Below are positions 55,754 to 64,000 of a stretch of DNA of 64,000 bases, piece by piece. The position numbers and the translations under genes are program-made. How positions within the stretch are numbered: position 1 is the first letter of the stretch; each line of letters starts with the position of its first letter. The notes under the pieces are model-generated. The model saw only the letters and a program-made list of their open reading frames with translations. It did no database searches and was not told the DNA's origin. Origin of the DNA: Octopus vulgaris (Eukaryota); contig OX597816.1 in the NCBI GenBank assembly GCA_951406725.2, positions 40,920,001 through 40,984,000 of the forward strand, in the 5' to 3' direction.

Positions 55754-56959
55754 ACTGATGAGACGTCAATAACTATATTATGAAGAAGTCTATTTTGCAT
55801 ACCCTGCATTTCAATATGAAACGAACAGAGAGAAAATGATATATTAACCGGTGATGTTTGAAAGTGAAGTAACGATGTTGTTCGATGGTTACATATTTTT
55901 ACAGTTTTCCTATTGATGAGTACTGCGTGTTGTTGTAATATATATGCAGTTTCTCGTAAAAGCAAACTTGAAAATTTTGTGCTTCAAGTGGATAACGAGT
56001 TTCTCTGACAACGATATATTTTTTTGTCCCTTAGTTTGTAGACGAAGTTGGTTAATGAGATGCACAATTTTCGATCCCTTTAAAATCAGATAGTCCTCAA
56101 TTGGGCGTATTCCCACTGTCAATACATAGAACATATAAAAGTATATACACAGCTACACATGAAATATTCATTTCTAACAACAGTAGGAACACCTAGAAAA
56201 ATATCGTTATAACATAGAGGACCTAACCACTTTCATAAAGACAAATGAAGATTTGGCCGGTCTCTGCACACGTCCACTATACAACTCGCAAGGATACCAT
56301 CACAAGTGTAACTCTCTTTCCAAATTTAAATGTAGACTTGTCAGCCATATTAGCGTAGACATACGTATTATTTTACCGGGACTGAAAGACAAACAATATC
56401 CATTCGTTCCGTGGAACGCTTATGGTTCCAGTAGATTGATATCATAGAGTCTCATCCATCCAGAGCAAAATTCCTCCTTCTGAAGGCTATGGATTTTAGG
56501 TATTAATTAATTAGAATCATTGACCACGATATCAAACTGATCTTGAACAATACAGAATAACATAATGAAGAAACTTTATTTTCCAACTACACAAAGAGTG
56601 CTACAACGTGTATGGAACCGCTGACTTTTTTTGTGGGATTCTTGTAATAGCAATACGTCGGTCTTTCTTAGAGTCGAATGGTCTATCAATTTTCAAAAAT
56701 TATGAGTGACAGCCCAAGGAAAACTTTTAATAGATTCCAACCCCACCCACCCTAAAATGTTCGTCCTAAATGTGTTGCCGCCTTCTCCGGATTTACGATA
56801 TTTTAGATATTACCCTAGACCTGATGAGGACCAAGTATTGCTAATGAGGAATCGACATGCAATATTTTGAAGCCCAACTATCTCAGCTTAATTATAGTTT
56901 ACTAAACTTTATGTAATGCACGCCACACAATATTGTTAATAATCTCTCTCTCTCTTTTT

Positions 56960-58200
56960 TCTAATCGGCTGTCTGCCGTAGTACGGTGTTGGCTGTTCTG
57001 TTCGGAAATTGTTTGCGACAGGTTCGAATGTGGGCTCTAAGGCCTGTTCTTGGACTGCAGCAAATGACATCTGCTGCAAGTGAAGTGACTTAAGGAAATG
57101 GGAACGGAAAAGTCACGCTTTTCATGTGCCCTTTTGTATTTTCTCTGCTATTTCTTCACAATGGCTGAAATTATGAGCTTTAGCGATCGGTGCCATTCAT
57201 CGTAAGTGTGTTGGAAATGTCCGAATTTATCATAAGACTTTTCAGTACATTCCTGTATCGAAACTTCTGGTCTTCAGGGCTCCACTTGCTCCGACGCAAT
57301 TCAGAGAAAAAGGCGCCTATGGGAACCTTCTTCCCTCCATTCTGCATTTGCAATGAGTCAGTGGGGGTTTTCACTAACAACTGCGTCAGTGCGGCGCAGA
57401 TCCTCTATATCATGAGTGGTAGGCAAGATGGAGCGCAGATGTCGCAGCTGGGTTCGCGTAAGTGACTGAATATGCCTATGGTGGAGGGTCGTGCATTCTG
57501 TGGGGGTAAAAGATGCAAAAGAGCACTGCGGTACTGTACACCATTATTCATGTTGCGGGTAATGTCATGGAAGCTCCAACGATGTTTCTCGAGAGAGTAA
57601 AAATTCTTTGTTGGACACAAAATACGCCTTGCAATCTAACTGTGAGAAGGGTTATTACAAGTCACAACGATGCCGAGAGAATAAAAGGCCCATGTGTATT
57701 TCATGATCTCTCCGTATACAGTTACTGGCTCGGGTTATCTCGATTTATTAGGATATCTTATTGTGGACTGGTAGAACAACTCAGTCTTCGAAATGTTGAT
57801 CGAGTTATTCAACATGTCTGCTGCAGAAGAAAAGCGGTTCAACAATGTATTGCACGTCCTCGATCCTACTGTATAGGAGGGCTGAGTTGTCGGCGTAGAG
57901 TAGCTCCCTGACACACATTTCCTTGATTTTCTTGGAGACACGTAGATGGTTAAGTTAATGAGACTTCCGTCTGGCGCTGATCAGAATCCCTTTGTGCAGA
58001 TTAACCCGCATGGTGTCAAGTATAGTTGCATGGTAAAGAGAAAAGAGTGTAGAGGCATACATACAGCCCTGCTTCACACCGTGATTGATTCCAAAAGCTT
58101 CACTAAATTCTCCGCTCACTGAGGCTCACGCTTTCATTCCTGTGTGAAACCCCTTGATGATGTTAATAAACTTCTTTGGGCACCCAACTTTTTGAGCATG
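56960..58200 (-). mobile_element. RTE-clade LINE RT/3' remnant
   Basis: Minus fragments KGFHTGMK..SGEFSEAF..TLFSLY; RFSSAADML..SINISKTELFYQ; FFSELRRSKWSPEDQKFRYRNVLKS. Confidence 0.7.
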
Positions 58201-58361
58201 TCTGAGGAATAAACATTTCGGCCTATATCTTTATATATATGTATACAATCATTTCAGTGTGTGCATGTATATGCGCACGTGTGTGTAGGGAATATTTTCT
58301 TATAAATGCAAATTTTCGCGGAAATTCCATATTCATTCCCACTGTCTGTATGACAAAACTA

Positions 58362-58846
58362 TTGGGTTGTCCGGAAAGATCGTGCCGATTTGTAATAGCT
58401 TACCTTTCGACTTATTTTCGAACATGGTTGAATCTATAAAATAGGATTTGAATACACCTCCATTTGGGGCACAGTTTAAGTTCATTTTCAGCACTTGATG
58501 CTTTGAGAACCAGACACAAATTGCTACAGCTGGGCTGGGATGTGTTACCCCACACTCCATATTCACCAGATATTGCTCCTTCGGATTTCTACTTATTCAG
58601 GTCTCTGCAGAATAATCTTAATGGTAAAACCTTTAATTCCTAGATGACGTAAAAAATACCTTGATGAATTCTTTGCCATGAAACCACCTCAATTCTGGGA
58701 AGAGAGTATTTTCAAGTTAAAGGAAAGATGGAGACGCATTGTGCAACAAAATCGTTCATATTTGGTTGACTAAAAATGTAATGGCAAGTATTTATTGACC
58801 TTTTTCTTTCCTTTAAAAATCGGAACGAACATTCCGGACAACCCAG
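58362..58846 (+). mobile_element. Non-autonomous mariner (DD34D) deletion derivative with TIRs
   Basis: TIRs tgggttgtccggaa.g.tcgt.ccgattt / aaatcggaacgaacattccggacaaccca; HTPYSPDIAPSDFYLFRSLQN...KLKERWRRIVQQN. Confidence 0.9.
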
Positions 58847-59156
58847 AGCAGAACTACTACCGTACAAATAACTGAACAAAAAATGTGATATTTTCTATGT
58901 GCTTTTACCCAGAAGCATATTTCTACTTTGCTGCTAGTCGTATTTGTATTTAATGTAGACACTACTCTATCGAAACAAAGTATTTGTAGAAATACTCTGA
59001 GATTCTACTAAGAAAATACAAATACTGGTGGTCAATGATGTATGTTTATATAGTACAGATGAATTATATTCCGCGTGAGAAAAATATTTTATTCTCGCAT
59101 CGATTCATAAACGTAAATACATATATATGGATCTCTCTTTCTCTCTCTCTCTTTCT

Positions 59157-59264
59157 ATACATACATACATACATACATACATACATACATACATACATAC
59201 ATACATACATACATACATACATACATACATACATACATACATACATACATACATACATACATAC
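59157..59264. repeat. (CATA)n microsatellite
   Basis: Direct inspection. Confidence 0.98.
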
Positions 59265-59607
59265 ACGTGGGTGTGCGTGTGTGTGTATGTCTGTGTGTGC
59301 GTGTGTGTGTGCATATTCATAGAGAAAAGGTGACTCTAGAGATGATGGGGTCTTGAAACATCGCGTGTATGTGTGGTATATATTACAGCAAATATCTATA
59401 TCAACTCTGATGGAAATATAAATGTATCTTAGAAATGAAAAGTTAGTTCGTGCGGTGAACGAATATACTTACATATATACATACATACATACATACATAC
59501 ATACATACATACATACATACGCACGCACAAACACACACATATATACGTATACACGTATACACACATACACAAACGCACACCCACACACACACACATATAT
59601 ATATATA

Positions 59608-60332
59608 CTAGCATTAAAGACCCGTCGTTGCCGGGTCATAGTGCTAGTGCATGTATATATATGTATATATATGTGTACATATTACATGTACATCTATATA
59701 TATACATCTACACATAAACTGCAAGATACACAGTTATATCTTGATATCGCTAGGGATAACAATACTCAAAATATATAACAGACTGGAATTGTTAGCTCTT
59801 CTTTTTTCTCTACATTGTATACTTTATAGACAATAGTCTTTTCTTTAATTTAATTTTTTATTATCCATCTGCACTATTCCATTTCTGCACGCTAATTATA
59901 TTTCTAATTTATTCCCATTCATGTGAAACCACTTATTCAAGTTCAAATCATTGATGCAATTTTATACCAATTGCTATTTTTACTTTTGTATGTTACGATT
60001 ATATTATACTTTAGTTTGATTTTAATTATTACTTACTACATATAATTCAATTGTTATTATTATTTTTATTGTTAAAGTGAAAGCATCTGACATAAAATAC
60101 AGAAATATCTTTGTTTCACTTTTAACATGTAATACTGAAATAGTGGAGAAGATATGATATTGCTATGGGCTCGCTCTAAGCAAGAAGTTGAACATTTGTT
60201 TTGCCCATGAAACTACATGGACCCTAAGTAAGGCATGTGTAAAATTTGAATGAAATTGGTTGTGTAGTTCTCAAGTTTTAGGGAAACACACAGACAGACA
60301 GACACACATTCTCAGTTTTATATATATAAAGA
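59608..60332 (-). mobile_element. Non-autonomous Helitron
   Basis: Minus strand starts A|TC tttatatatataaaa with a (GTCT)n subterminal tract and ends gacccggcaacgacgggtc hairpin + 7 nt + CTAG|T. Confidence 0.75.
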
Positions 60333-60714
60333 TATCTGCATACGTATATGTGTGCGCATGTGTGTAGCAGAGTAAATATCTTAAAAGTTACAGTTTCTTC
60401 ACATGAAATAGTATTTAATAGCTTCTAGAGAGAGTTATAAGCATGAAACAATGAAGATACTATCCTAGGAATTCTCATATCTCATTAACGTTAACAGTAC
60501 CCTACAGAGTAGAAGAATTATATTCTAACAATGGTGCGTTTTATCAATAAAATAAACGAAACGGATGTTTTATAATGCATCTATATATTAAGTTAGATAT
60601 AGCTTGCAATTGTCAGTGCTGAAAGAATGGATAATTTGGTTATAAATATATTTTAAGTTTTGGGAACACTAGAATATCAAACAATTCTTACATATGTATA
60701 CACGTATATCTCCC

Positions 60715-60753
<39 letters not shown>

Positions 60754-60920
60754 GCTCTGACTTTCATTTACACACGCTCAGGCGCATATATAACAAGGCG
60801 CCGACAGTAATTTAATTCACAACCTGACGGCCACCAAGCCAGGCGCCTTCACACATATATACATATATACATAGACACACAAGTATGCACACGCAAGTAT
60901 ACACACACACATATATATAG

Positions 60921-61078
60921 GTTGAACATTTTTTTTGCCGATGTCACTCCGCGGACCCTAAGTAAGGCATGTGTAAAATTTGAATGAAATTGGTTCTGTA
61001 GTTCTCAAGTTTTAGGGAAACACACAGACAGACAGACACACAATCATTCTCAGTTTTATATATGTATATATATATAGA
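60921..61078 (-). mobile_element. Helitron 5'-end fragment
   Basis: Direct repeat of 60187-60332. Confidence 0.75.
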
Positions 61079-61097
61079 TATATATACAGTACATGTA

Positions 61098-61306
61098 TAC
61101 TCTTTTACTCTTTTATTTGTTTCAGTCATTTGACTGCAGCCATGCTCGAGCACCGCCTTTAGTTGAGCAAATCGACCCCTATGACTTATTCTTTGTAAGC
61201 CTAGTACTTATTCGATCGTTCTCTTTTGCCGAACCACTAGGTTACGGGAACGTAAAGACACCAGCATCGGTTGTCAAGCGATGTTGGGGGTGCAAACACA
61301 GACACA
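61098..61306 (-). mobile_element. SINE family A, 3' half
   Basis: Matches 53278-53475. Confidence 0.85.
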
Positions 61307-61963
61307 GAGGACTTTTAAATCCACAAAGGAAGAATAATTACTATTCAATGTGGTGTTGAGCACTCATTCTCACTAGAATCGTCGTGCTTGTACCAAAAAG
61401 GAAAACCCTTATCTTGATTAATATTTATAAAACCTAATTTCTCTAATACGTATACAAGAATTCATATCTACTTTATTTTTGAGAGACTCATTAATTAAAA
61501 TTTATTTGAAAACAGTAAATTCGCTTAAGTAATATATCCTGATCACCATTCTCCTATATAAAGACTATTATTCAAAGTAGTATATTAATTCAAATGCAAT
61601 AGCCGTATCCAAGGCTAATACGTAAATTATTTCCCTCCCACTGAATGGAAAATACTCAATGGTAGGATGCAAACTGATTTACTATTGGCATTTGGTATTT
61701 AAAATAATAGATCAGTTGATCAGTTGCTACTGATTACTCTCTATATACAAAGCCCTGGATATTAGTCTGCAATAGACTTGGATGATAAGTACTAATATCA
61801 TTAATGTCTAACTTCTGTCGTAATTGTATAAATATAATTAATGTATATTGTATTCATTACTCTCTTAATGATTCCATGTTGACTACGATTACTACACACT
61901 CACACTCACACATATACCACAGACATGTTCATATAAAGTACATATATACATACATACATATAA

Positions 61964-62037
<74 letters not shown>

Positions 62038-62153
62038 GTGGTGTTGAGTACTCATTCTCACTAGAATCGTCGTGCTTGTAGCAAAAAGAAAAATCCTTAT
62101 CTTGATTAATATTCATAAAACCTAATTTATAACTAACTATATATAAGATATAT

Positions 62154-62223
<70 letters not shown>

Positions 62224-62226
<3 letters not shown>

Positions 62227-62637
62227 GTAGGAGTGGCTGTGTGGTAAATAGCTTGCTTACGAACCACAAGATTCCGGGTTCAGTTCCACTGCGTGGCACC
62301 TAGGGCAAGTGTCTTCTACTATAGTCTCGCGCCGACCACAGCTTTGTGAGTGGATTTGGTAGACGAAAATTGAAAGAAGCCCGTCGTATATATGTATATA
62401 TAATTATATGTATGTGTGTGTATATGTTTGAGTGTCTGTGTTTGTCCCCCCAACATCGCTTGACAACCGATACTGGTGTGTTTACGTCCCCGTAACTTAG
62501 CGGTTCGGCAAAAGAGAGTGATAAAATAAGTACTAGGCTTACAAACCTTAAGTCCTGGGGTCGATTTGCTCGACTAAAGGCGTTGCCTCAGCATGGCCAC
62601 AGTCAAATGACTGAAACAAGTGAAAGAGTAAAAGAGT
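62224..62637 (+). mobile_element. SINE family A, full length, between (TA)n tracts
   Basis: Colinear with 8962-9375. Confidence 0.9.
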
Positions 62638-62692
<55 letters not shown>

Positions 62693-62697
62693 TATAC

Positions 62698-62763
<66 letters not shown>

Positions 62764-63747
62764 ATATAGGGTAACAAAAAAAATTCAAGAAAAATTTTCT
62801 GCCACCAGCGGTCAAGTGAGAAAATAGAAATAGTCACAGACTATATGATACATTCAACAAAATATTAAGGAATGACCCTGAGAAGGTCGTTCGACTCACT
62901 TGAAAAGAGCAGCTAAACTCAAAACCGCAAAAAATAGTAGTAATTATACTTACATATACGCTCACGCACGCACATTATGCATATACATTCTTATGTGTGC
63001 GTGTCTGTGTGCATTATAGCAGGGTGCCTTGCTCATCAAGCATTAATGACCATTGTATCAAATGAGGATGCATTGTTCCTTCCCTCCCATTAATCATGCT
63101 GGTTTTCTAAAGGATCAGGGACACGGTTGCTATCTATTGATTATACTAGAAAATACGTAAATCAGTGAAACTGTCATTGATGAAAACGCAATTATATTTT
63201 AGTGTATATTGCGATGAAATTCCTTCTTATAATACAGTATAATAGTGTTCTTGCTAGTACTTTACAGGTATATCTGAAAGAAACTTTTTAGGATTTTTGT
63301 AAATTTGTAATGATTCTTATGTATTAGTGCTTTTATTCGCAGATTTTCATCAAAAAGATATTCTATTCCGTTATCTATTTATTTGACTGCATTATATCTC
63401 ATAAAGGCTAGGTAATGCGTTGCGATTATTTATTTCAGTCGAAACTATCCTTTTAATCCTGTTACATCAAATATTTCGTCTTTTTACTCTGCTTTGCAAT
63501 TCTTCTGAAATAAATTTCAGATTGTCATTAACTCCTATCTTACTAAAAGCATAACAGATTGATTTCTTGGAACTGTTTTGATTTTTCAGTTGCTTTAATT
63601 GAGAGCGAACTGGAAATACTTATGTATTCTACCAACCATCTCAATTTCTCTACATTCTATACATGCATACACATACACCCAAGCATCCACACCACATACG
63701 CAAGAACACAGACACACACACACACACATATATATACACAGACACAT

Positions 63748-63785
<38 letters not shown>

Positions 63786-64000
63786 ACATATATATATATA
63801 AGTATGTATATAATACATACACACACATACATACATATACACTCTCACACGCACACATATATGGAATTAAAGACACGCCTGGTGTTGAATTAATAGATAC
63901 AGCAGCAGTAAACTCGATACTAAATCCCAATTATGTAACCGATACTGTGATGTTCGTCTCATTTTACTCTTGTTTCTCCATTTAGTCATCACTTATTCTA

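Noticed and set aside
56820-56860. CTGATGAG motif (also at 55755)
   Set aside because: No closing stem II and GAAA downstream.

Overview
AT-rich, microsatellite-dense animal DNA, intergenic or deep-intronic. The SINE families and repeat landscape resemble an octopus/coleoid cephalopod genome (inference from recall, not a database result). No intact protein-coding gene is supported: most ORFs in the track are translations of (TA)n, (TG)n, (TATC)n, (CATA)n or (TAA)n repeats, or decayed transposon fragments. Identifiable content: three tRNA-derived SINE families (several with clear TSDs), Penelope-like element (PLE) RT and GIY-YIG fragments, CR1-like, RTE and R4/Dong LINE remnants, maT and mariner DNA-transposon remnants, non-autonomous Helitrons, and small inverted-repeat elements. 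The main signal is a dense set of type I hammerhead ribozyme (HHR) motifs, about 14 intact or decayed copies in at least five structural families. They sit in PLE terminal repeats and in short non-coding direct/inverted-repeat elements, often embedded in (TA)n. They include canonical CUGAUGA/GAAA copies in a 250-bp inverted pair, U4C core variants, a long-stem-II form, and a three-copy family whose core reads GUGAACA, a compensatory G3:C8 swap of the conserved C3:G8 tertiary pair. All folds were read by eye; ribozyme activity is untested.
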